Below, one piece after another: positions 19,343 to 27,861 of a stretch of 64,000 bases of DNA. Under the pieces are notes generated by a model. That model did no database searches. It saw only the letters and a program-made list of their open reading frames with translations, and was not told the DNA's origin. The position numbers and the translations under genes are program-made. Within the stretch, counting starts at the first letter, position 1. Every line of letters begins with the position of its first letter. The DNA comes from Phenylobacterium sp. (GTDB lineage Bacteria; Pseudomonadota; Alphaproteobacteria; Caulobacterales; Caulobacteraceae): contig NZ_JAHBYD010000021.1 of assembly GCF_019636135.1 (NCBI RefSeq), positions 12,166 through 76,165 on the forward strand, in the 5' to 3' direction.

Positions 19343-20497
19343 TGGGCTCGGCGATCCGCGATCGGGCGGCCTCGACCGCCGGGATGCTGGCGGCGTTCGG
19401 CGACGAGGCGCTGGTGGCTGCGGCCCTGGCGTTCGAGGCCGCGCTGGCCCGCGCCGAGGCGGCGGAGGGGCTGATCGCGCCGGCGCACGCGACGCGGATC
19501 GCCGAGGCCTGCGCCGGCGCCTTCGACGTGCGCGAACTGGCCGGGCAGGCGGCCCACGCCGGCACGCTGGCCATCCCGCTGGTCGCGGCCCTCCGCGCCC
19601 GCGTATCCGCGCACGACGCCCCGGCCGCCGCGAGCGTGCATCTGGGCGCCACGAGCCAGGACGTGGCCGACACGGCCATGATGCTCCAGGCCAGGGCCGG
19701 CCTGGGCCTGCTGCGGGCGGACGTCGATCGCCTGGACGCGGCCCTGGCGGGCCTGGCGGCGGCGCACGCGGCGACGCCGATGTTGGCCCGCACCCTGCTG
19801 CAGCCCGCCGCGCCGACCACCTTCGGCCTGAAGGCCGCGCAGCGGCGCGCGCGTCCGCGACGCGGCGGCGCGGCTGGAGCGGGCGAGGAGGCGCTGCGGC
19901 TGCAGCTCGGCGGGCGCCTCGCCGGCACGATGGCGGGCCTCGAAGCGCTGGGGCGCGGCGGTGGTGGCGCGGCGGGTCGCCGGGATGAGCTCGGGGCTGG
20001 CGGTCGCCGACGCGCCCTGGCACGCGCGCCGCGATGCGGTGGCCGGCCTGGGCGCCGCGCTGGCGGTGCTGACCGGGACGGTGGCCAAGATGGCGCGCGA
20101 CGTGGCGCTGCTGGCCCAGGGCGAGGTCGCCGAGGCGTTCGAGCCGCGCGCGGAGGGCCGCGGCGGCTCGTCGGCCATGGCGCACAAGCGCAATCCCACC
20201 GGCTGCCAGGTGGCGCTCTCGGCCGCCGTGCGCGCGCCGCACCTGGCGGCCACGCTGATCTCGGCCCTGCCCGGCGAGCACGAGCGGGGGCTGGGCGGCT
20301 GGCAGGCCGAGGCGGCGGTCCTGGCCGACCTCTTCGCCCTGGCCGGCGGCGCGGCGGCGGCGATGGCCGACGTCGCCGAGGGGCTGGAGATCGACGCCGC
20401 GGCCATGGCCCGCAACCTGGCCGCCGCCGGCGTCGGGGCGGACACGGGCGAGGCCGAGGCCCTGGCGCGGCGGCTGCTGGCGGACGGGGAGGACTGA
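19342..20497 (+). pseudogene. pcaB: 3-carboxy-cis,cis-muconate cycloisomerase, frameshifted (real or sequencing error)
   Basis: N-half (HLGATSQDVADT, RTLLQPAAPTTFGLK) and C-half (PWHARRD, GGSSAMAHKRNP, EHERGLGGWQAE) are in different frames. The 1156-nt span is not a multiple of 3. Confidence 0.8.
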
Positions 20498-21276
20498 TGC
20501 GGATCGCGGCCGGCGACGGCGCCCAGCTTTTCGTGGCCGACGAAGGGCCCCGGGACGCGCCCGCGGTCGTCCTGCTGCATTCGATCGGCTGTGGCCACGG
20601 CATGTGGGCGCCGCAGCTTCCGTCCCTCGCCTCGTGGCGGGTGATCCGGCCGGACATCCGGGGGCATGGCCACTCGGACGCGCCCGACAGCGACTATCCC
20701 CTGGACCGCCTGGCCGCCGACGTGGAGGACGTCCTGGCGGCGCTGGGCGTCGAGCGGGCCGTGGTCTGCGGCCTCTCGCTGGGCGGGGCCGTGGCCCAGG
20801 CGCTGGCGCTGCGGGCGCCGGCGCGGGTGGCGGGGCTGGTGCTGGCCAACACCGCCGCGCGGATCGGCTCGGCCGAGGCCTGGGAACAGCGGGCCGCCGC
20901 CGTGCGCGCCGAAGGCCTGGCGGCCATCGCCGGCATGGCCATGGGGCGGTTCTTCTCCGACGCGTTCCGCGCAGCGCGCCCCGACGTGGTCGACGGCTTC
21001 CGCGATGCGCTCCTGGCCACGTCGGCGGTGGGATACGCCGGCTGCTGCGCCGCCCTGCGCGACGCCGACCTCACCGGCGACGTCGGCCGGATCGCCGCCC
21101 CGACCCTGGTGATCGGCGGGGCGCTCGACGTCTCCACCCCGCCCGCGCAGACCCGCGCCCTGGCCGGCGCGATCCCCGGCGCCGTCCACCTCGAGCTGGA
21201 CGCGGCCCACCTCTCCAACATCGAGCAGCCGCAGGCCTTCGCCGCGGCGCTCGTGCAGCATCTGGAGTCCTGCTGA
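20497..21276 (+). CDS. pcaD: 3-oxoadipate enol-lactonase
   Basis: LLHSIG, DIRGHGHS, CGLSLGG, GYAGCCAAL and AAHLSNIEQP motifs. TGATG-coupled. Confidence 0.92.
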   Translation: MRIAAGDGAQLFVADEGPRDAPAVVLLHSIGCGHGMWAPQLPSLASWRVIRPDIRGHGHSDAPDSDYPLDRLAADVEDVLAALGVERAVVCGLSLGGAVAQALALRAPARVAGLVLANTAARIGSAEAWEQRAAAVRAEGLAAIAGMAMGRFFSDAFRAARPDVVDGFRDALLATSAVGYAGCCAALRDADLTGDVGRIAAPTLVIGGALDVSTPPAQTRALAGAIPGAVHLELDAAHLSNIEQPQAFAAALVQHLESC

Positions 21277-21656
21277 TGGACGAGCGCGAACGCCACGCGC
21301 TGGGCATGGCCAACCGCCGGGCCGTGCTGGGCGAGGCCTATGTCGACGCCGCGGCCGCCGCCGCCACGCCGCTGACGGCCGAGTTCCAGGACCTGATCAC
21401 CCGCTACGCCTGGGGCGAGGTCTGGAGCCGGCCGGGCCTGCCGCACGACACGCGGCGGCTGCTGACCGTCGCCATGCTGATCGCGCTGAACCGCGAGGGC
21501 GAACTGCGGCTGCACCTGAAGGCGGCGCTGGAACACGGGGTCCCGGCGGAGGCGCTGAAGGAGGTGATCCTCCAGAGCGCCATCTACTGCGGCGTGCCGG
21601 CGGCCAACGCCGCCTTCCATCTGGCCTCGGCCCTCCTCGCCGATCGCGAGGCCTGA
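21276..21656 (+). CDS. pcaC: 4-carboxymuconolactone decarboxylase
   Basis: FQDLITRYAWGEVWSRPGL and LQSAIYCGVPAAN motifs. Confidence 0.93.
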   Translation: MDERERHALGMANRRAVLGEAYVDAAAAAATPLTAEFQDLITRYAWGEVWSRPGLPHDTRRLLTVAMLIALNREGELRLHLKAALEHGVPAEALKEVILQSAIYCGVPAANAAFHLASALLADREA

Positions 21657-21659
21657 GCG

Positions 21660-22049
21660 TCAGGCGAACTTGCGGAACTCGGCCACCGCGGCGGAGTCGA
21701 AGTACTCGTCCAGGCGGGTGATCTTGCCGTCCTTCACCTGGCAGACGATGCAGGCCGGCAGCGCCAGCCGCACGCCGTCGTGTACGCGGGTGCCGCGCAG
21801 CACGTGCTGGTGCGTGAAGCCCTCGGCGTAGACGTACAGCCGGCGCTCGTCGTAGACGCGGTCGACGAGGCGCTGGGTCATGCCCTTCAGGGTCTTGCGG
21901 TTGTCCTCGGGCGACTGCTCCAGCCCGTCGGTGTTGTGCCAGATCCTGGCGTCCGGCGCGTAGCAGGCGACCAGCCCGTCCACGTCGCCCTTCTCCACGC
22001 AGTCGAAGAAGTGCTTGGCCAGCGCCCGCATGGCGGCGTCGTCGGACAT
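21660..22049 (-). CDS. SnoaL/NTF2-like protein
   Basis: YAPDARIWHN...KDGKITRLDEYFD pattern. Confidence 0.8.
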   Translation of the reverse strand: MSDDAAMRALAKHFFDCVEKGDVDGLVACYAPDARIWHNTDGLEQSPEDNRKTLKGMTQRLVDRVYDERRLYVYAEGFTHQHVLRGTRVHDGVRLALPACIVCQVKDGKITRLDEYFDSAAVAEFRKFA

Positions 22050-22077
22050 CGGTCTCTCTCCCTCTGCTTCGCTCTAG

Positions 22078-22971
22078 CTAGCGGCCCACGGCCACGTTCA
22101 TGCGCCGCGCGCCGTTGGCGGCGACCAGGCCCGCGATGTCGTCGCCGGCGTAGTCGGGATCGGCCGAGGCGCCGAACGCGCCCACGATCTCGGCGAACTG
22201 CGCCTGCGCCATCTCCTTCCACTCGGGGTGGGTGAAGATGAAGAAGTCGCCGGCCTGGATGGCCCGCGCCACGAACTCGCCGATCTTGTCCGGCGACATG
22301 CCTGCGGCCAGCACGCCGGTCATGTTGCGCGCCGTCTGCGCGGCCTGGCCCTGTTCGGCGTCCACCGGCCGCAGGCGTGCGGTGGTGGCCACGATGTTGG
22401 TGGCCGACATGCCCGGGCAGAGCACCGAGATCCCGACGTTGGTGTCGGCCAGCTCGTTGCGCAGCGCCATGGCGATGCCCAGGGTGGCGAACTTCGAGGA
22501 GATGTAGGCCACCGAGATCGGCGGCGGCACGATGGCCACCAGCGACGAGGTGAGGGCCAGGTGGCACGGCTCGCCGCTGGCCTTCATCGCGCCCAGGAAG
22601 GTGCGGCAGGCGTAGAGGTGGGCATGCGCGTTGACGGCGTAGGTCCAGCGCCAGACCTCGGGGTCGTAGGTCTCGAAGGCGCCCGAGCCGCCGCCGACCC
22701 CGGCGTTGGAGAACACCAGGCGCACCTCGCCGAAGGCCGCCGCCGCCTCGCCCGCGCGCGCCCAGTCGGCCTCGTCGGCGACGTTGAGCGGCAGGCCCAT
22801 CGCGTCGGCGCCCTCGCCGCGCAGCCCCGCGGCCGCCTCGGCGGCGGCCGTCGCGTCGATGTCGGCCAGGATCAGGCGCGCGCCGCGGCGCGCCAGCGCC
22901 CGGGCGGTGGCCAGGCCGATGCCCGATGCGCCGCCGGTGACGAAGGCCGCCTTGTCCTTGAAATCCTGCAC
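22078..22971 (-). CDS. Short-chain dehydrogenase/reductase
   Basis: TGGASGIG, NAGVGG and YISSKF motifs. GTG start at 22971 probable. Confidence 0.88.
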   Translation of the reverse strand: MQDFKDKAAFVTGGASGIGLATARALARRGARLILADIDATAAAEAAAGLRGEGADAMGLPLNVADEADWARAGEAAAAFGEVRLVFSNAGVGGGSGAFETYDPEVWRWTYAVNAHAHLYACRTFLGAMKASGEPCHLALTSSLVAIVPPPISVAYISSKFATLGIAMALRNELADTNVGISVLCPGMSATNIVATTARLRPVDAEQGQAAQTARNMTGVLAAGMSPDKIGEFVARAIQAGDFFIFTHPEWKEMAQAQFAEIVGAFGASADPDYAGDDIAGLVAANGARRMNVAVGR

Positions 22972-23094
22972 CGACGCCTCCCTGCGGCGCTGTTCCACGC
23001 CTTGCCGGGAGCCTAGGACGGGGTCGGTCTATGTCAACAAAGTTTACGGTTCCGCGCGTCGCGCGAGGTTGCAATCGCGCCGGACCTGACCTTT

Positions 23095-23110
23095 AGTTAG
23101 ATGACTAAGT
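23095..23110. promoter_or_regulatory. ACTTAG-N4-CTAAGT operator copy (11/12)
   Basis: AGTTAGATGACTAAGT in the divergent SDR / SnoaL gap. Confidence 0.7.
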
Positions 23111-23154
23111 GATGATCCGCGGCCCGCGCGGACGATCCGGTTCCGGGAGGACTC

Positions 23155-24279
23155 ATGGCGACCCATTCCGCCGACTACGGCCTTGCGGCGCTGGCCGCGC
23201 GCGCCGAGATCGCCGACGTGATCCACCGCTATTGCCACGCCACCGACCGGCGGCGGTGGTGGCTGATGGACAGCGTCTTCCACGAGGACGCCACCTGCCA
23301 CCTGTCGGTGGTCGGCGGCTCGTGGCGCGAGTTCGTGAAGCTGGGCGCGGCGCTGCTGGAGCCCGTGGGCGTCACCCACCACCAGGTGGGCAACATCCAG
23401 ATCGCGCTGGAGGGCGACGTCGCCCACGCCGAGACCTACGTCACCGCCTTTCACCGCGTGCCGGCCGACGCGCCGCCCGGCGGCCCCTTCGGCGGGACGG
23501 GCGAGGCCTACGACGCCATCTTCGGCGCGCGCTACATCGACCGCTTCGAGCGCCGGGGCGGCGTCTGGCGGATCGCCGAGCGGCGCTCGGCCGCCGAATA
23601 CCGCCACTACCAACCGGTGAACGAGGGCGGGCTGGCCGACGTGCCGATGCGGCATCGCGGGCAGTGGGGCGACGCCGACGTCTCTGCGCCCGTCGTCGCG
23701 GCCTGGCGCGGCGCCGCGCCGCCGCCCCGCCCGGGCGCGCTTGAGGAACTCGCCGCCCGCGCCGAGATCGCCGACGTCGTGAACCGCTTCTGCCACATGG
23801 TCGACCGCCACCGCTGGGAGCTGGTCGACGACGTCTTCCATCGCGACGGGACCAGCCGGTTCCTCGACGCCGTGCGGACGATCCCGCAGGTGCTGGAGAG
23901 CGCCCACAACATGCTGGGGCCGCTCACCGGCACGCACCACCAGACCGGCAACATGCTGATCGCGCTCGACGGCGACCAGGCCTGGGCCGAGACCTATGTG
24001 ATCGCCTTCCACGCCGTGCCGACCACCGCGCCGCCCGGCACGTTCTGGGGCGGCCGCGACGAGCCCTACGAGGGGGTGGCGGGCGGCCGCTACATCGACC
24101 GGCTCGAGCGGCGCGACGGCCGCTGGAAGATCGCCGAACGGCAGACGCTGGTGGAGTGGCGCCACGACCGGCCGGTGCGCGACGGGACGCTCGGCCAGAC
24201 GCCGCCGCAGTTCCGCGGCCAGCGCGGCGACGCCGACGTCTCGCGCCCCGTGGTCGCCGCGCTTCTCGATCGCAGCTAG
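23155..24279 (+). CDS. Tandem-duplicated SnoaL_4/NTF2-like (LinA/BaiE-like fold) protein
   Basis: Two alignable halves, each LAARAEIADV..R.CH..DR...THHQ.GN...AETYV.AFH...RYIDR.ERR.G.W.IAER. Confidence 0.85.
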   Translation: MATHSADYGLAALAARAEIADVIHRYCHATDRRRWWLMDSVFHEDATCHLSVVGGSWREFVKLGAALLEPVGVTHHQVGNIQIALEGDVAHAETYVTAFHRVPADAPPGGPFGGTGEAYDAIFGARYIDRFERRGGVWRIAERRSAAEYRHYQPVNEGGLADVPMRHRGQWGDADVSAPVVAAWRGAAPPPRPGALEELAARAEIADVVNRFCHMVDRHRWELVDDVFHRDGTSRFLDAVRTIPQVLESAHNMLGPLTGTHHQTGNMLIALDGDQAWAETYVIAFHAVPTTAPPGTFWGGRDEPYEGVAGGRYIDRLERRDGRWKIAERQTLVEWRHDRPVRDGTLGQTPPQFRGQRGDADVSRPVVAALLDRS

Positions 24280-24312
24280 GCGGCGCGCCGCACCCATCGA
24301 CAGGAGAGCACA

Positions 24313-25074
24313 GTGGCAGGGCGTCTGGCAGGCAAGGTGGCGATCATCACCGGCACGGGCAGCGGCATGGGCCGCTCGGCCGCGCTGATGTTCGCGCGCG
24401 AGGGCGCGAAGGTGGTCGGCTGCGACATCAACCCGGCTGCGGGCGGGACGGCCGACGACGTCCGCGCGACGGGCGGCGAGATGGTCTCGCTGCAGCCGGT
24501 GGACCTCTCGGGCGCCGAGGGCGCCGAGCGGCTGGTGGCCTTCGCGCTGGAGCACTACGGCCGCATCGACGTGGTCTACAACAACGCCGCCATGGCCTAT
24601 TTCGCGTTCGTCGCCGAGATGGACTACGCGACCTTCAACAGGACCCAGATCGAGGAGGTGGACATCATCTTCCACCTCTGCCGGGCGGCCTGGCCGCACC
24701 TCGTCGCGGCGGGCGGCGGCTCGATCATCAACACCGCCTCGACGGCCGCCAAGAAGGGCTCGCGCGGGCAGGGGATGCTGGCCCACTCGGCCGCCAAGGG
24801 CGCCGTCACCGCCATGACGCGGCAGTACGCCTGCGAAGGCGGCCAGTACGGCATCCGCGCCAACACCATCTCGCCGGGCATGATCCGCTCGGCGCAGACC
24901 GAGCCCCTGATGAAGCAGCAGGGCTGGACCGAGCGGGCGGTGTCGCGCCAGTTGCTGCAGCGCATCGGCGAGCCGGAGGAGGTGGCCGCCACGGCCCTGT
25001 TCCTGGCCTCGGACGAGAGCAGCTTCATCACCGGAACCGACATCGCCGTCGACGGCGGGACCATGGCCAACTGA
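24313..25074 (+). CDS. Short-chain dehydrogenase/reductase
   Basis: TGTGSGMG, NNAA, HSAAK and IAVDGG motifs. Confidence 0.88.
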   Translation: MAGRLAGKVAIITGTGSGMGRSAALMFAREGAKVVGCDINPAAGGTADDVRATGGEMVSLQPVDLSGAEGAERLVAFALEHYGRIDVVYNNAAMAYFAFVAEMDYATFNRTQIEEVDIIFHLCRAAWPHLVAAGGGSIINTASTAAKKGSRGQGMLAHSAAKGAVTAMTRQYACEGGQYGIRANTISPGMIRSAQTEPLMKQQGWTERAVSRQLLQRIGEPEEVAATALFLASDESSFITGTDIAVDGGTMAN

Positions 25075-25082
25075 GGCGAGCG

Positions 25083-25457
25083 ATGGACACCCTGGACCTG
25101 CTGAAGCGCATCTACGCCAAGGACCGCGAGGCCCTGTGGGGCGCCATGCGCGAGGACTTCACCGTCCACTCGCCGGGGCAGAACATCCTGGCCGGGACCT
25201 ATGTGGGCCCCGACGCCTTCAAGGCGCACATCGCGCGCATCCACGCCGAGACGAACAACACCTTCCACGAAGAGCTGCAGAACACCTTCTTCGCCAACGA
25301 CACCTGGGGCCTCGTCGTCCACCGGATGACCGCCCGGCGGAACGGCAAGACGCTCGACACCTGGGGCTTCGGTCTCTGGCGCTTCGAGGACGGCAAGCTC
25401 ACCGACCACTGGGAGAGCGTCGGCGACCAGGCCCACTGGGACGACTTCTGGTCGTAG
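25083..25457 (+). CDS. SnoaL/NTF2-like protein
   Basis: MDTLDLLKRIY...LAGTYVG...WRFEDGKLTDHWES...DDFWS. Confidence 0.75.
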   Translation: MDTLDLLKRIYAKDREALWGAMREDFTVHSPGQNILAGTYVGPDAFKAHIARIHAETNNTFHEELQNTFFANDTWGLVVHRMTARRNGKTLDTWGFGLWRFEDGKLTDHWESVGDQAHWDDFWS

Positions 25458-25564
25458 GAGGCCAGTTCCTGACAGCCTTTGGGGTTCCTGGGCCTGCGGC
25501 CGAGGTCGCTGACAGGCCCTCCTTCCTCTCCCTGAGGAACAGCACCTCTCACTCCCCCAAACAT

Positions 25565-25690
25565 CGTCATCCCGCGGCTTGTCCGCGGGACCCATGAACA
25601 CTGTGCCCGGGGATAGGGCGAGGCGGCGACGCTGCGGGTCACCACCGTTTCCCGTGTTCATAGGTCCCGCGGACAAGCCGCGGGATGACG
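25565..25690. repeat. CGTC-tagged palindromic element
   Basis: 37-bp inverted arms (36/37 match) at 25565-25601 and 25654-25690, between convergent genes. Confidence 0.85.
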
Positions 25691-25727
25691 AGAAGGAGGG
25701 CATTGTGAGCGACGCGACCGTGGTCCT

Positions 25728-27041
25728 CTAGCCTCCGTCGCGGGCCACGGCTTCCGCGTCCTTCAGCACCACCCGCGAGAGCGCCAGGTAGGCCAGGGCC
25801 GACAGCACTGCCACGGGCGCCAGCGCGATCATGGCGATGCGCAGCGGGTCGGGGGCCTGCCGGGCGGCCAGGCCGTCGCTCAGCACGCCGATGGCGAGCG
25901 GGCCGAAGCCCTGGCCCACGATGTTGAAGGCCAGCAGCACCAGGGCGGTGACGGTGGCGCGCGCCGCGACCGGCGACAGGTTCTGGACCAGCGCCAGGGC
26001 CGGCGCCACGTAGATGGTCGAGCAGATCATCGGGACGGTCATCAGCGCCAGCGACGTCCGCCAGTCGGGCGCCAGCAGGGCCAGCGCCAGGGTCGGGCCG
26101 GTCAGCAGCATGGCCAGCGCCGGCACCCATCCGTAGGCCTGCAGGCTGTGGCGCGAGGCCCAGTTCACCAATGCGCCGCCGCCCGCGATGCCGATCCCGA
26201 AGCAGAGGCCGGCCGCCGGCCCGAACCAGCGCGCGACCTCGGCCAGCGGCATGGCCTGCACGCGCATCAGGAAGGCCGGGATCCAGGCCAGCATGCCGGT
26301 GCTGACGAAGGCGGCGACGCCGCTGGCGAACAGCAGCCAGCGCAGCGCCGGCCGCGACATGAACACGCGCAGCGTGGGGCCGAGCGGCATCGGCTTCGAC
26401 GGGCCGGCGGCGTTCGCGGGATCCAGCCCGCCCCGCGGCGGCTCGCGCACGAAGAGCATGAGGAGCAGGGCGGCGAGGGCGCCGATCGCCGCCACCGCCA
26501 GGAAGGCGGCGCGCCAGCCGTACTGGCCCGCCACCCATCCGCCGAAGCTCGCGCCCACGAACACGCCGAGCGGCCCGTTGGCGGTGAAGAGGCCGATCAC
26601 GGCGGGGCGGTATCGCGGCGGATAGTAGTCGGCGATGATCGACAGCGACGGCGCGGTGCCGCCGGCCTCGCCGACGCCGACGCCGAAGCGGGCCAGGGCG
26701 AGATGCACGAACGAGCCGGCGAAGGCGCACGCGCCGGTGAAGGCGCTCCACAGCAGGCAGGCCGCGCCGACCAGGCGCACGCGGTGATAGCGGTCGGCGA
26801 GCATCGCCGCCGGCACGCCCATGACCCCGTAGAAGAGCGCGAAGCTGAGGCCCGTGAGCAGGCCGAGCTGGGTGTCGCTGAGCCCGAGCTCCTGGCGGAT
26901 CGGCTCGGCGAGCACCGACAGGATCTGGCGGTCCACGAAGTTCATCGTGCCGACCGCCGTCAGCAGCAGCAGGGCCACGATCCGCCCGGGCCGTGCGGGC
27001 GTCGCCGCCGTCGCCGCAGGCGCTACGGCCGCCGAATCCAT
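25728..27041 (-). CDS. MFS transporter (spinster-like)
   Basis: NFVDRQILSVLAEPI, LSDTQLGLL, ADRYHR and RFGVGVGEAG motifs; multiple hydrophobic helices. Confidence 0.88.
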   Translation of the reverse strand: MDSAAVAPAATAATPARPGRIVALLLLTAVGTMNFVDRQILSVLAEPIRQELGLSDTQLGLLTGLSFALFYGVMGVPAAMLADRYHRVRLVGAACLLWSAFTGACAFAGSFVHLALARFGVGVGEAGGTAPSLSIIADYYPPRYRPAVIGLFTANGPLGVFVGASFGGWVAGQYGWRAAFLAVAAIGALAALLLMLFVREPPRGGLDPANAAGPSKPMPLGPTLRVFMSRPALRWLLFASGVAAFVSTGMLAWIPAFLMRVQAMPLAEVARWFGPAAGLCFGIGIAGGGALVNWASRHSLQAYGWVPALAMLLTGPTLALALLAPDWRTSLALMTVPMICSTIYVAPALALVQNLSPVAARATVTALVLLAFNIVGQGFGPLAIGVLSDGLAARQAPDPLRIAMIALAPVAVLSALAYLALSRVVLKDAEAVARDGG

Positions 27042-27042
27042 C

Positions 27043-27783
27043 TCATTCCCTCGCGGCGAGCGGACCGGCCCCGGCGCCGAAGCTCCGCAGCATGTTCTCG
27101 CCGAACAGGTTGGACCATTGCGCGGGCGTCAGCGTCGGCCGGCGGCTCTGCAGGTTGGCGGCGTTCCTGGTCTCGGTGCCGCGTTGCACGGCTGGCCGCG
27201 CGGCGACGGCGTCCAGCCAGCGCCGGATGGCCGGATAGGGCTCCAGGCCCATGCCGATCGCGTAGGTGGCGCGCACCCACGGCCAGGCGGCGATGTCCGC
27301 CACCGAGTACTCGCCGGCGAGGTAGTCGACGTCGGCCAGCCGGGTTTCGAGCACGGCCAGCAGCCGGCGCGCCTCGGCGCCGTAGCGGGCGACGCCGTAG
27401 TCCTGGCCCTCGGGGGCGTAGCGGATGAAGTGGTGCGCCTGGCCGTGCATCGGCCCCAGGCCCGCCATCTGCCACATCAGCCACTGCTGGGCGAGCGAGC
27501 GGCCGCGGGGGTCGGCGGGCATCAGCGCGCCGCCGGCCTTCTCGGAGAGGTAGAGCAGGATCGCGCCCGACTCGAACACCGCGAACGGCGCCCCGCCGTC
27601 CGGCGGCTCATGGTCGACGATCGCCGGCAGGCGGCCGTTCGGGTTGATGCGGCGGAACTCGGGCGTGAGGTGCTCGCCCTCGAGCATGTTGTAGGGGATG
27701 AGCCGGTAGGGCAACCCGACCTCCTCCAGCATGATCGTCACCTTGTTCCCGTTGGGCGTAGGGACGAAGTGGACGTCGATCAT
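27043..27783 (-). CDS. Glutathione S-transferase (YfcG/Nu-like, TPNG)
   Basis: PTPNGNK, NPNGRLP, FESGAIL and YSVADIA motifs. Confidence 0.88.
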   Translation of the reverse strand: MIDVHFVPTPNGNKVTIMLEEVGLPYRLIPYNMLEGEHLTPEFRRINPNGRLPAIVDHEPPDGGAPFAVFESGAILLYLSEKAGGALMPADPRGRSLAQQWLMWQMAGLGPMHGQAHHFIRYAPEGQDYGVARYGAEARRLLAVLETRLADVDYLAGEYSVADIAAWPWVRATYAIGMGLEPYPAIRRWLDAVAARPAVQRGTETRNAANLQSRRPTLTPAQWSNLFGENMLRSFGAGAGPLAARE

Positions 27784-27861
27784 GCGGCGGCCCTTCTGGA
27801 TATCGGGTGGGAAGGCGGCGCACGGCCGGCCGCCCCGGGGCGGCCGGCCGCACCGGCGCGA

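Noticed and set aside
19342-21276. 644-aa PcaB-PcaD fusion ORF
   Set aside because: The middle segment is the out-of-frame translation of pcaB. pcaD has its own TGATG-coupled start at 20497.
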